Assembly (NCBI GenBank): GCA_011109175.1
Contig: RDEW01000003.1
Coordinates: forward strand, 1,037,071-1,101,070
From: Dicyema japonicum
Taxonomy: Eukaryota > Animalia > Dicyemida
DNA length: 64,000 nucleotides
Reading direction: 5' to 3'
Shown here: piece by piece, positions 25,850-37,730 of the stretch
Numbering within the stretch: the first letter of the stretch is position 1
Layout: every line of letters begins with the position of its first letter
The notes under the pieces: model-generated
The model's input: the letters and a program-made list of their open reading frames with translations, nothing else
Database searches by the model: none
Told to the model about the DNA's origin: nothing
Translations under genes and position numbers: made by a program

Positions 25850-26110
25850 CATGGAGAAGTAGGAAGATCCCTTTCAACAACTGTGTCGTGCCAGAAGGAC
25901 TCGTCGCCTCACGGGTAGGATCCGTTTGACGATAATCGACCTTCACTGAAAACTCTATTTTCGGATTCGAGTCCACGACTGTCAGATCCGATGTCATCAG
26001 ACATAACGTTCAGCCAGAAGCCGTTTTGTATGCCTTTGACCACCGGACTCGACTGAAAGCGAATGATCTTGAGAGCTATCTGTCTTGGCGACAAGCTTTC
26101 TAATGGCCAA
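25850..26110 (+). repeat. Two-copy degenerate coding family H (partner 51230-51600, minus), protein unidentified
   Basis: Both copies keep RIPFNNCVVxExLVASRVG...TFxExSIFGFExTTV with many synonymous differences. Confidence 0.55.
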
Positions 26111-26299
26111 CAACTTAAAGAATGCTAGCGAAATTGGGGTTAAATTTTAATTTAATATTTGTTGACTCATTTTGATCGACGTATACCTTATTTGACCAAT
26201 GAATCTCTTGTTTTGATCGGAATTCGCTAATTCTTCTATAATTAGAATTTTTGATTCGTTTTTCAAAGCTAATTTAAGCAATCAATTAGCCTGGGTACA

Positions 26300-26485
26300 A
26301 GGATTTTTTTGTTCCACTCGCCGTTGAGACGTCTGGTTCCCTTGCGCTGGAATTCTTGAGTTGTCTAGGAAATCGGATTGCTATACGATCAGGAGACCCT
26401 CGTGAGTGCTGTTGGTTATTTGAGGGAATCTCGCTTGCCATCCTGAGAGGGAATAGCCAAGCAGTCAGGGCAGCCGCTATATGAC
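26300..26485 (+). mobile_element. CRE-clade 3' end
   Basis: PLAVETSGSLALEFLSCLGNRIAIRSGDPRECCWLFEGISLAILRGNSQAVRAAAI*. Confidence 0.85.
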
Positions 26486-26569
26486 CATTTACTCTCTTTT
26501 CTTTCCTAAATAAAATAATTTTTTTTTTTTAAATTACATAAATTTTTTTTAACAATTAAACAAATGTCA

Positions 26570-27090
26570 GTTGAGGAAGCCTGCTGCGTGGATTGCGAAC
26601 GAGTTCCCTCGGAGTATGGCTATTCCAATTTTTTGTCTTAGCCATAACCCTTCTCGTTGATCCCTTTTCTTTCTGGCAAGCAATCCTCCGAGTTCTTGCA
26701 AGAATTCAGCCGTCATTTGACCAACGGCTCCCGATGATTCGGTCGCAACAGGAGTAAATCGGTAGCGATCCCCGAGGCATGAATATTTCTTGATTTTTAG
26801 GTTTTCCGCGGTCGAAGCAGCTGCTCCAGGGTGTCTGAACAGATTTAAAAATGTTCGTGCTTGAGAACGTGTCTATGCAAGTTGCGTCCCAGACCAAAGA
26901 TTTTCCAGACGTGAAGGGGAAAAGGGTCATCCCGTCAGGTCTCTTCCCATCTCCTCGATCAAGACCCACTGGTTCAAGCTGTGCTGGGAAGCCTGAAGCC
27001 TTCAGAGCTCTGACGATCACATCATTCAGAGCGGCATGACGTGGTCCCCTTCCGGCGCTTCTTCTGCAGGACAGCGGGTGCAATCCTTTC
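26570..27090 (-). mobile_element. CRE-clade REL endonuclease domain, tail-to-tail with 26300-26485
   Basis: LHPLSC...[13 protein letters not shown]...[21 protein letters not shown]...[13 protein letters not shown]...AILRGNS. Confidence 0.9.
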
Positions 27091-27153
27091 AAATAATTAA
27101 AAAATTAAAGCAAGTTTTAATAAAAAATCATAAAAAGTACTACAAAGATTTTT

Positions 27154-27835
27154 GGTTCCCATTCAAAATGGCCTCTTTCAAAATGGCCTCCAATAAAATT
27201 TCTTAGGTTTTGAATACGTTCATCAATAGACATCACGAGATATTTTACCAAGGTCCTCGACATCTTTAGGTAAAAAAGTCATCTTTTTGAAATCTTATAA
27301 AAATTGATTTAAGGGGTCCTATGGGTAAGTGGAGCAATTTACCAAGGTCCTCGACATCTTTATGTAAACATTTATTTTTTTTTAATATTTTTATTTAAAT
27401 TTAAAATGAAAGATTTATTTTCAAAAGGAAAAATAGAAAATAATTATAAATGTAATAGAATATATATTCAACTAAATTGAATATAAAAAAGATGACTTTT
27501 TTACCTAAAGATGTCGAGGACCTTGGTAAAATCAATTTTTATAAGATTTAAAAAAGATGATTTTTACCTAAAGATGTCGAGGACCTTGGTAAATCAATTT
27601 TTATAAGATTTAAAAAGATGACTTTTTTACCTAAAGATGTCGAGGACCTTGGTAAAATCAATTTTTATAATATTTAAAAAAGATAACTTTTTTACCTAAA
27701 GATGTCGTTTTGCTAAAATCTCGTGATGTTTATTGATGAACTTATCCAAAACCTGAAAAAATTAATTGGAGGCCATTTTGAATGGAGGCCGTTTGAATGG
27801 AGGTCATTTTGAAAGAGGCCATTTTGAATGGACAC
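27154..27835. mobile_element. Non-autonomous foldback element with long modular inverted arms, Mutator-like
   Basis: ~110-bp imperfect TIRs with repeated ttcaaaatggcctc; internal ~60-bp module (tttaccaaggtcctcgacatctttaggtaaaa) twice on the left arm and 4 times inverted on the right; 9-bp TSD AAGATTTTT (27145-27153) / GAGATTTTT (27836-27844), one mismatch. Confidence 0.8.
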
Positions 27836-27859
27836 GAGATTTTTTTGAGATTTTCGCAT

Positions 27860-28280
27860 TTATGGTGGTAGGCTATACAATGCCCTTGTTAAACCAGTCC
27901 ATCAACATGGGCGATTTCAAAGGCTGAGGAACAGGGAATAGACTCCTTTCATGAAAGGCAGATGATGAGAATGCTCGGTTAGAACTGGGCAAGTCCTTTG
28001 AGTCTCGAGATAACTGATTTGAGATGGAGGCTCTTTGAACATATACTGAAATTGAAAATTGATACCCCAACTAATATAGCGACGGAGGAGTACTTCATTG
28101 GGACCGGATCACGTTTCTGTGGACGCCCGCAAATCATACTTCCTGGGTTACTTGATACTGATCTCCATTATGCCAAAAGGAAAATGTGGAGAATATCTGG
28201 CCGACTTTAGAGAGGTTGGGTATGGCCGCGGAAGGTGGAATCGCTTAGTTACTTTGATAGCTTATAACACCAGAAAGTAA
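27860..28280 (+). mobile_element. RTE-like LINE 3' fragment
   Basis: LYNALVKP...RWRLFEHILKL..DTPTNIATEEYF...GRPQIILP, homologous to 37200-37600. Confidence 0.75.
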
Positions 28281-28889
28281 AATGCTTTGTGACTTCTAAT
28301 CTACGATAATAAAATTTTGTTTGTCTCCCCGCAATGTAAAGTGACCTCAACTTCCAAGTACAAAGCTTCATAAAATTCTCAAGTGTGATCTGAGATCAGT
28401 AAAGAAAGCACTGAGGGACGATGAAGACCTTGGTGAATAAGGAGTCTGACGCCAAATAGAAGAGGATAGAAACGATTGTTGTACAAGGTCTTCCAGGATT
28501 CTATGTTTTTTGCTAACAATTCTCTTAAATCTAACAAATTTTTCCAAAAGAGTTGATGAAAAGTGGCTCAATAAATGCTCAAAATATACAATTATCTCGG
28601 TTTTTCCGAGACTATTAATTAAGAGAACCACCAAACAGTGCTGATAGTTTATGGCCTTTTCGGAATGGGTGACACAATTTCAGGTGAGCCACAAGACACG
28701 CTAAAGACATTTTATTCCTAAACACGCATTTGACCGAATTTTTCCGCGTTTGTGAGGAATATAGAAACCCGCTTCACCTGTCCGTATCCAAGCAAAAAAA
28801 CCCGATTAGTGGAAAAGTTCCCATTAATTAAATAAAAAAAGTTGAAAAAAGTAATACCACTAAAACTTAAAATTTATTTCTTGAAAAGT

Positions 28890-29450
28890 ACAATCTTTTT
28901 GCAAGTCAGAATATCATTATTACAAAAAAATATTTAATAATAACGAATAAATTAACTAATTAATTAATTAAGCGTATTTTGATCCAGATTGTTGGTAATC
29001 CCTCTTCTTCTCTTAGAAGAAGAGTGTGCCATAACCTCCCTGTTACTCCGCATCTCCACATCAGATTCAGTCAAAATATCTCCGTTTGAGTCCAGTGGGC
29101 TGTCTTCACGGCATGCCAGTTCCACAAGTTGGGAGGTAGCAGAGGCGTACTCTTCATCGTATACCTTCATCCCATGCTTATGTTCAATGAGCATACTTTC
29201 GAGCTCATTATTACAATAATTATATAATAATTCTAATTGAGACTGGAGAGTGATCATCCAAATTCTTGCAATATCAGCTGGGGATTAAACACAAAACTTA
29301 GTTAACTGATGATGCCTATAGTTTTCACTATTCCGATTAGTTAGAGGATACCTAAGATTCTCAATAAAATTTATACGCATAAGGGTATTCTAATCTCCCT
29401 AGAAGTGCGTATTTTATTCTCTATTAAGATTTTCTTAATGACCTTGATTT
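28890..29450 (-). CDS. BRMS1/SDS3-like Sin3-HDAC complex subunit (tentative)
   Basis: ORF 28964-29257 ARIW..LQSQLELLYNYCNNELES...REDSPLDSN...SSSKRRRG follows the Sds3-domain helix and basic motif order; boundaries not resolved. Confidence 0.45.
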
Positions 29451-29869
29451 GATCCTTAAATCTCATTTCAACATAATAAAAATCATAATTTCGACTTTTT
29501 ATTTCGAAAAGATGCCCACGTGTTTTCTATGGTCGAAATGATCCCCAAAATCTAATTTTAATATTAATAAAAAACCAAAATTTTGATCTTTTCAAACTTG
29601 GAGACTTGCCACGTGATACATATGGTCGAATTGTCTGCAAAATTTCATTAAAACTTCGACTTCTTTTATTTTAGTGACATATCCACGTAGACATTATCCT
29701 GTTTTGGAGGTCCCAAACCTTGCTTCGAAATTAAAAAAATTTCACTTTTATTTCATTTGAGTCTACGGATAAAAAAACTGCTTTATTCTAAAAATCGATT
29801 TCGGATAAACAAATGCGATAATTGCACAGACAAGATTTTTTTAAATAAAGTTAATGGTTATGACAATGT

Positions 29870-30265
29870 CTCCATTATGGCCTAGACATTGAGCATGCAA
29901 TGGGAGTTACCCCTAATGATCGCGAACCCAATGTTCAGGAAGAGCAATCGCGTTATTCTAGACTCACCCTTCCACAGTCCTGCAAGCCTTCCGATTAACT
30001 TGATAAACTCAGACATTCTCGGGCCAATAAAGCCAGAAGTCTCAACGGAGATCGGCTGGAAAGCGAACCGGTCTCCAATGCCGCGGTACTTGCTCTTTTT
30101 CGAATCTTCAGCAGTGTTCGATGAGAACCCGCACGCAATGATGACTTGAGCATATTCGCATTAGAGAAAGTGCCAATGCACGTTGAATCGCAAAAAAGAC
30201 ACCGCCAGTGGTTCCCTGGCATGGTCTTTACTCTATCCGGCCTCTGTCCGTTCTTCACAGCTAAA
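29870..30265 (-). mobile_element. CRE-clade REL domain 3' end
   Basis: KNGQRPDRV...DSTCIGTFS...KKSKYRGIGDRFAFQPISVETSGFIGP...FAIIRGNSHCML. Confidence 0.85.
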
Positions 30266-30829
30266 GTGACCTAGGTTAAATAAATTTAATCAATTTGGAC
30301 GACCACAATCTTTTGGAGGTCTTCGTCAATGTGATTCTTGGCCGTCAACCGAATCGAGGAATATCAGATGTGGAGTAGTCCTTTATGGACATATTAGGTC
30401 AAGTCGTCCCTGACTCAGTGAGCAAAAAGATTCGCTGATATTCTACATTCTTCAAACATTTTAATCACTTTTGTCTCCCATTGGTAACTGATGATAACTT
30501 AGTACTTCTCAAACTTGTATGTATGCTTATCTCCCTGTCCACAAAGATTTTTAGGCATAAGGCAATTTTACAGGTGGGGGCAAATAAGATAAAGGTAAGA
30601 TCTTTCAATATCAAAGCAAGGTTGGAGACAATCGAGACAGGGGACTTCTTATATTAATGTTAAAATAAGATTTTGAAAATCAATTCGGCGTTAGTGACCA
30701 CGTGGGGAGGACCTCAAGTTAAAGTGATCTAAAAATTAGTGATTATCACGAGGATTATTGATTAAAATTAAAGGTCAAACTTTAAAGGGATATTTAGGTT
30801 AATTAGAAAATCGAGGATTTTTTTGTCTC

Positions 30830-31000
30830 GCTCGCTATTGAAAAGTTCGACTCCCTTGTGGCTGCGACGCTGGAATTCCTGAGTCGTCTAGAGAATCACA
30901 TTTCCACACGAACAGGAGATCTCCGTGAGCTCTGCTGAGCTAATCTCGCTAGTCATCCTGTAAAGGAATAGCCATGCCATCAGGGCGCCCGTTGTATGAC
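30830..31000 (+). mobile_element. CRE-clade 3' end
   Basis: Nucleotide homology to 26310-26485 (gctggaattcctgagtcgtctag...ggaatagccatgcc). Confidence 0.75.
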
Positions 31001-31049
31001 TTCGGCCCACTGTTTCTTTAGATTAAAAGCAGAGATAGCTAAGGAAAAG

Positions 31050-31270
31050 AAGTAAAGAGTACTTATCGACAAATATACCTTCCGCAAGATTGCTGTCGAG
31101 AAAAACCGGAAAAATCAGCAACTATTCCCTGATCTCCCCCAAAAAACTGGGACGTACTGCATAACTCAGAAGCGTCGATGACCGTAAAACGCAATGGCTC
31201 ATCAGTTGGTCTCCATAGCAATCCAGAGGGGAAACGCCGCATCAATAAAAACGGCAGGAAAAAAATAATG
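31050..31270 (+). mobile_element. CRE-clade 3' end
   Basis: YTFRKIAVE...HQLVSIAIQRGNAASIKTAGKK*; close relative at 35850-36040. Confidence 0.8.
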
Positions 31271-31739
31271 ACTTTATTTTATTGTAAAAAATACATTAAC
31301 AAAAATATTATATATTTTTTGCCTTTTTTATATGGGGACCAGCCCACCTAGACATCATCCTATCCGGTTGTCCCCATCCTTGCTTTGATATTGAACACAC
31401 GCGTACGTTCTTTCACTTATATTCAAAGATCTTCCATACTTTCACGAAAGTGAAGTCACTAGGTCATTCCAAGTAAGTACAATCGAGACAATCTTGACCT
31501 CTGCGTGGTGTATCAACTCCATCTCTTTGGAAAGAAGGTCATACTTCTTTTCATTTTTCGCATTCCACTTGAAGATTTTGGGCCGATGTCATTCCCACTT
31601 TGACCAAAATAGTTTTGTCTCTCCTTTATCAAAAACGAACAGGTCTGGCGTTATGCTCAATAATTATGTCAGTTTTGATAAAGGTGTCAACTCTGATTTC
31701 AACTGAGTCATTCATTACAATGGATTGCACTGAATGAGT

Positions 31740-31872
31740 CTTCTTTGAGGACATTGTGATTCACACAAAATGGAAAACCGCCAGAAGAACGGTGTTATCG
31801 AAAATGTGTCGGTTCCCGAGAGACACTGGGAAAAGATGAGAATATTCCTGAGAGACGCCGGGATCAGCTGAT
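31740..31872 (+). mobile_element. LINE extreme 3' end
   Basis: PERHWEKMRIFLRDAGIS* matches the end of ORF 47576-47968. Confidence 0.6.
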
Positions 31873-32158
31873 GGCGTTTTCCTTTTAATTAGTGTTCACA
31901 TTGTGATTTTTTGGGTCATTAATAATAATAAATTGGAATACTCTTTAAAACACGATGGTGGAATGACCAATGGTCTCAACTTCCATGTATGTTTTAAAAA
32001 GCGTTTTCAGAAGACAAACCACCATCGAGATTGTAAAGATGTTATTTTGTTCAGATTCTACATTTATGTAATTTTATTAGAAAAGTCATTAATGCTTGTT
32101 TAATTAAAAATTCTAAAAAATAATAAATCATATAAATTCTCAATTTCTAAAAACTCGA

Positions 32159-32995
32159 ATGTTCTGGTTGATAGTAATTTTGTATGGAATAATAGAGACT
32201 TGTATTGCATTTTATAATTAAATAGCACTACAACAATACACACCATACCCTATGGGAGTAAAATTTGATAATTTATCAGTATTTTACTGTACTAACTATT
32301 AGAGAGACGATATAGCTCTGGTCATAAAGGTCAATACGTGTCATTAATGTTAGGCTTTAGAAGACGCTATGAATATAACCGAAGTGAATAATAGTCCTGA
32401 ACTTACCATAGCAATAAGGTAACACAACAATTAATTTTTTAGTCGTGGTCAAGAAAATTGTGCCTACAGAGATAGTATTTTAACGGTGACAGTGCTATTA
32501 GAATCGAAAGTATAAATAATTTATATTAATAGGACATTATTGGAAAAATATTACATTGTCTGTTAAAAAATGTTTTGCGAGAACACAAAGTAAGAATGTA
32601 TCGAGCCCGATATTATGATATACTACGTGATGACGTTAGTGGATGGTTAATAATGTAAAATTATTTTAGTGAAAGAATATTATCGGAAGATCAAGTTGAA
32701 GCCCTTCAAGGGATAAACAAAGCAGATTTTTTGGAAAGAATTGGAGGTTTATAAATTATTAACTTTAGAACAATCTACTGCTACAATCACAACAACTACT
32801 ACCACAACTACTACTACCACCCCTGTTCTTTCTGATTATGCTGAAAAGTACATAGATTATCAAAAAGATATCCATGAAGATTCTGAAAAATTACCCATCA
32901 AAAATATTGGAATAAATTGTATTATTATGATATATTTAGCATTCAATATTATTCATTTCCTGAATTTTCTAATTATTATTAGAATGATCATTTAA
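32159..32995 (+). CDS. Orphan secreted/surface protein (signal peptide, ~130-aa ectodomain, Thr-rich stalk, hydrophobic C-terminus), 7 introns of 22-24 nt
   Basis: Introns 32202-32225, 32279-32302, 32330-32353, 32419-32442, 32510-32532, 32646-32669, 32747-32768 are all GT-AG and give one open frame MFWLIVILYGIIETSLQQY...TTTTTTTTTTTP...IIMIYLAFNIIHFLNFLIIIRMII*. Confidence 0.8.
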
Positions 32996-33049
32996 TTAGA
33001 TTATTGCTAAAAAAAATTTATTAAAATAATTTTTTGACTAAAACTAGCA

Positions 33050-34060
33050 GTAACAATCATTGGATGCTCTGGTAAATGAGGACACATTTCCTCCGATGAT
33101 TTGCATGGAAATGCGGTTAATGGGTCAGCTTTTTTCTCTTCAATCCTTATTTTTAATCTGTTTATAAGGGTCAGAGACCTGTTTCTTATGATTCCTGCCG
33201 TTCCCACGGTGACTAGTTCAAAAATGAACTGTCCATCGATACATTCGAAATTTTTCATCTTTAGGGTATCTGTCTTTTCCGAGGCTGAGTCTGTGTTAGA
33301 TGTCCAAATAGGATATCCGAGATATCCAAGCAAGTGGCGTTCCAGGCGAGGTATCTACCACTTTCCCATGGGAAGAAATTTGTTTTTTCAGACTTTTTGT
33401 TGGCTGAGGGAAGTCTGATAGGCTCCAACTTGACACGAAATCCGGCCGCTTCTAGTCCTCCAGCAATAACTCAGATGATTTAACTGCTCCTCGGACTCCT
33501 TTAACGACTCTTCCTCAAAAGAGAGAGTGAATACTTTTAGCGTCGACCATTTTTCCACATCTACATCGATTGATCACAAAAATCTATTTCGAGGCAAACG
33601 CAAACCACAATTCTTGGGGCTTCGTCATCAATAGTGTCCCAAGTGAGGTACATGAGAATGATGTGAGCCATGCAATACTTCGGTTCGTCGATGTAGAAGC
33701 CAGACATGCCAGGTTATATCTCATCAATAGTTTTTGAGCATTAAAGTTTGTCCCAGTCTCGTTGTTTATTAAAGTTCTTCAGGAATCCCACACATAGACG
33801 CATCCAGCATTCCTAAGCCGCCCATGTCACTGGTTCAGAGACCAGTACGCAATGCTGTAATTAATTATTACCTCGTTTTGACCTCCAAAAATATTTTGGT
33901 CACTCCTGGTCTCATATTTCACTGACCAGTCAATAAGAGGGGCCATGAGATTTCCATAGAAGAGGGTTTATCGATACGTCGAGTGAGTGTTCTTGTATGG
34001 AAAGCCGGATTGTTGAGTATGCAGAGACTTTGAAGGTCCTCAATTATCATTTTCTCCTTT
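33050..34060 (-). mobile_element. Longest CRE-clade fragment (post-RT region to REL end)
   Basis: MGGLG; LAST..RSIAWL...SLGTLL; CRCGKMVDAKSIHSLS; LEAAGFRVKLEP; LPWESGRYLAWNATC; IIRGN. Confidence 0.85.
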
Positions 34061-34109
34061 TTTCATGGGTTTTTTACTGTCAATCACAATGAGTGGTCGT
34101 ACTGAAGTC

Positions 34110-35330
34110 ACCACAGATCCTCATTATTATGCAGCTTAATGCTAACGGTATAAAATCAAAGATCAAGGAGCTTTTGACGAAACACAAATCGACATTTGCT
34201 TAATCCAAGAGTCAAAACTTTCTACAAGGAGTGTGATCCCATTAATTCCTGGGTTCACCGTCATCAGAAAAGACCGACTTGGAAATGGAGGTGGACTACT
34301 TACCAGCATTATACCCGCAATGGCTAACTACTCAATCGACGACAAGAGAGGTAATCTAAATTGTTGACTCTCGAAAAATGGTGATTCTAAACCACCCGAA
34401 CATCCACACAAGGTCACCAGTCAGAAGAAATGATAACCCAACTTCACCCATCTGTCAATTTCTTCCTCAAGGAGTGCCCCTCTAATTTCATGGAACGTTT
34501 CCTACGAGTTCCATAGTGATCATAATCCAATTATACTAAAGTTGTGCCATTCAAATGCCACAAGAGCAAAGCCACCTTCAAGAACTATAAGAAAGCAGAC
34601 TGGGCAAAAAAGTCACAATGACTTCTCGAAGAGTCACTCCTGTCGCCTAGATAATTTGTACCTAAGCTATATTCATGTATATAACTTTTTTCTCATGACA
34701 AGGTTACACAGGCAGTAAGATCCATAAAGAAGTCATATACGCATGGTCCAGATCGTATTCCCGAATTCTGCTAAAGCATCTTGGAGAGATTGCAATCAGA
34801 TCGATTACTTCAATTTTTGATTTGTCCTCAGACACGAACTCTATCTCTAGTAAATGGAAGAACTCACATAGCATAACTGTCTTAACAGGAAACCGAAAGT
34901 CTCACCTTCATCTTACTGTCCGATATCCCTAACCTGTGTGCTATCACGCCTATAGGAAAACTCTTACTTTTGAAAATTAAACCTCATTTGCCCTTTTGTT
35001 ACTACCAACACGGATTCAGATTGGAACTTCTACAACAACACACGTAATTTCCTTGACAATTTATCTCAGAAGGCTTCAAAAAAACCCAAAAGGCATCTAT
35101 TAGTCTCGTTAGGCATCCAAAGGGGATTTTGTTCAGTCCGAGAATCCTACTAAAAAAAGGTCTTCAGCACCTCCATTCATTCAAATTTAAAACGACGGAT
35201 AGCCAATTTTCTTACCGGATGAAGGGGACATGTGTGTATAGAATATTCAAGGTCGAGCTCTTGTCTTCTCCCGTATGGTGTTTCTCAGGGATCCTTTTTA
35301 ATTTAAAACGACTTACCCTGTCCTGGATGT
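34110..35330 (+). mobile_element. Degenerate Jockey/I-group LINE (APE and part of RT)
   Basis: IMQLNANGI...IQESKL...IRKDRLGNGGGLL; SDHNPII; NYKKADW; RRIANFL...GVSQGS. Confidence 0.8.
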
Positions 35331-35369
35331 TTTGTAGAGTTTCCTAGACGCTTCCACTGTCAGATGGCC

Positions 35370-35830
35370 ACCACCCTCCTAGCTGATACTTGGCTCACTG
35401 TAAGAGTCGAGGGAGCCTTGTCTGCCGATTTGAGACGACTGTTGGCACTCCACAGGATACCCATTATCACCTATTCTTTTTGTACCTTGAAGCTGCTCTA
35501 CGGGAATCAAAACCGATACTGGGTAAAAGACAAACATTATTGCGTATGCTGATGACGTAGACTTCATTTCAAATGGAAAATATTGTTCACCCGCTTGTTG
35601 GAAGAAGTGCCTGGAAGACTAGCTGAATGGTTCCTAACAGTAAATCCGGACAAGAGTGAGGTAACTGAACTCAAGAGGGAAAAAACAAGGACGGAGGAAC
35701 AGTTGCGCAAGTGCAAAAAGCTAGGCTCCCTTCTTGGAGACCATGAGGACATTACAAAAAGGAAAACCTTAGCACAAACTGCCCTCTCCAGGCTGAAGAA
35801 CACCTGGCTCCATTAAAAGGGCCTTGACAA
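35370..35830 (+). mobile_element. RTE-like LINE RT fragment
   Basis: VGTPQ..LSPILF; YADDVDFI; WFLTVNPDKSE; KKLGSLLGDHEDITKRK. Confidence 0.8.
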
Positions 35831-35849
35831 GTACAGGGGACTCCTAGAC

Positions 35850-36040
35850 AGATGTACCTTCCGCGAGATTGTTGTCGAGACAACCGGAGCAATAAGCAAC
35901 TATTCCCTGATCTTCCCAAAAACAGGGACGTATGACCTCACTCAGAAGCCACAATGACCGTGATACGCTATGGCTCATCAGTTGGTCTCCATAGTGATCC
36001 AGAAGGGAAACGCCGCATCAATAAAAACGGCAGGAAAAAA
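35850..36040 (+). mobile_element. CRE-clade 3' end
   Basis: FREIVVETTGAI...HQLVSIVIQKGNAASIKTAGKK*. Confidence 0.8.
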
Positions 36041-36143
36041 ATAATGACTTTTTTTATTGTAAAAAATACTTTAATAAAAAATATTCATTTAAAAAGTAAG
36101 AAAATTATCAGAAAATGAAAAATAAGAAAATAAGCAAAACAGA

Positions 36144-36735
36144 TCATTCTCTCAACTTTTTCATAAGCAAATAAGCATCACAAGGCAAAATATCGGTGTA
36201 ATACCCATAGACCGTCTCCATGATTTCAAAACCAAATTTCGAGTAGAATTTAATGGCAACCTCGTTGTTGACCTGAACGTGTCTAAACAAATATTTAGAG
36301 TCGATACAAATAAATGCAGTCCAATTCTCGTCACTTTTTGCATAGGTTGAGGATGTATTCTATCAAACGAGTCCCTGGGCATTAAGCGCAGAGCTAACCA
36401 ATTCTTTATTTCTGTATGCAGGGAGACAACCCAGAGTGAGGATATAGACTTCTTTCCTATCTAGATTGAGCTCAATTCGACAGCAAACAGCTCCAACAAG
36501 AAATCTTGATAATATGCTAAATTTAAATTTCAAAATACCAAATTTGGCGAATTTTCCATAATGAGGAACAGCAGAATAAAAATCATCGCTGTATAGCACT
36601 GGAAACACGTAATTGTTTATGATTTTGAGCTGTTTGATGTTGTGGTGGGTGATTTCTCGAGTTCTATGTTATCCCTACTTTTTACAAAAGTAGTAGGTAT
36701 TTATTGGTTCTAATAATGTTTTACCTCACTGCCAT
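36144..36735 (-). CDS. NAA50: N-alpha-acetyltransferase 50 (San); as assembled it carries two 1-nt deletions and an in-frame TGA
   Basis: HNIKQLKIINNYVFPVLYSDDFY; VGAVCCRIE; YILTLGCLPAYR; IYLHVQVNNEVAIKFYSKFGFEI...YY..I.PCDAYLL, colinear with animal NAA50. Confidence 0.9.
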
Positions 36736-36844
36736 GAAACAACGTGATATTTATTTTTAAATTTAAATTATAAAATTATTTTTAAAACCATTTTATTTAA
36801 ACAAAAATAAATATTATTTCCACTTGATGACGTCATCATGAAAG

Positions 36845-37730
36845 TAATCTACATCCTAGGAATTGATCTAACGAAGGCTTTTGACAGCATCAATAGAGAA
36901 AAACTCATGATTGTTCTAAAGGAACTGCTTGACGAGGACTGCCTGAGACTAATAAGCTTATTACTTTCCGAAAACTGACCTATCATTGAGAATAGGAACA
37001 AAAACATTAAAAAAACTGATTATACACGAGTCGAACGAGCAGAATCAAGGAACGATGAGTGCTGGAGACATACCAAAAAACTCGGCTCACTACTAGGTGA
37101 CAGCGAGGATATTTGTCGAAGGAAAATGCTGGCTACCATATAATTCAAAAAATGTACAACATCTGGATAAGGAAAAACGTGTTTCACTAAAACTTCGTGT
37201 CAGATTATACGACAAGTTTATCAAGCCAATACTGATATACAATTCCGGAATATGGGCATGTTTCTAAAATTGATTTAGAGAAGCTAGATACTTTTCACAG
37301 GAACCAACTCCGCATGTTGATTGGAATTTTTTGGCCTAGAAAAATCTCAAATAAAATCTATATTCACGATGTAAATCCAGACCACTCAGCACCGATGTTA
37401 ATTTATCGAGATGGCGACTATTTGGAAATATCCTCAGACTGGATCCGACTACGCCATGTAACAGAATAATGGAAGAATATTTCTACTACGCCGGAAGTCG
37501 CGGATTTCGAGGCAGACCAAGAAACACACTTCCAACCTGCTTAAAAGATGACTACGAACAAATAGTCGTAAATTGGTGACAGCGGACGATCTGGATGATG
37601 TTCGAATGAGGGCCAGGAACAAGATGGCGTGGGGCGAGGATGGCGAGGAGGATGGCTGCAAAACATGGCTCAAGCGAACCCCTTTTAGGGCCACGCGAAA
37701 GAGCTCTTAACTAACTAACTTAACTAACTG
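36845..37730 (+). mobile_element. RTE-like LINE, RT through 3' end, internal deletion, (TAAC)n tail
   Basis: GIDLTKAFDSINREKL; KKLGSLLGD; LIYNSGIW; RWRLFGNILRL; RGRPRNTLP; terminal W. Confidence 0.85.

Noticed and set aside
27485-27710. CRISPR-like direct repeats of about 60 bp
   Set aside because: The inter-repeat sequence is itself repeated and the block is one arm of an inverted foldback element.
28400-28600. ALKBH1-like exon on the plus strand (GLPGFYV...EKWLNKC)
   Set aside because: Short similarity, stops between segments and no usable splice sites.
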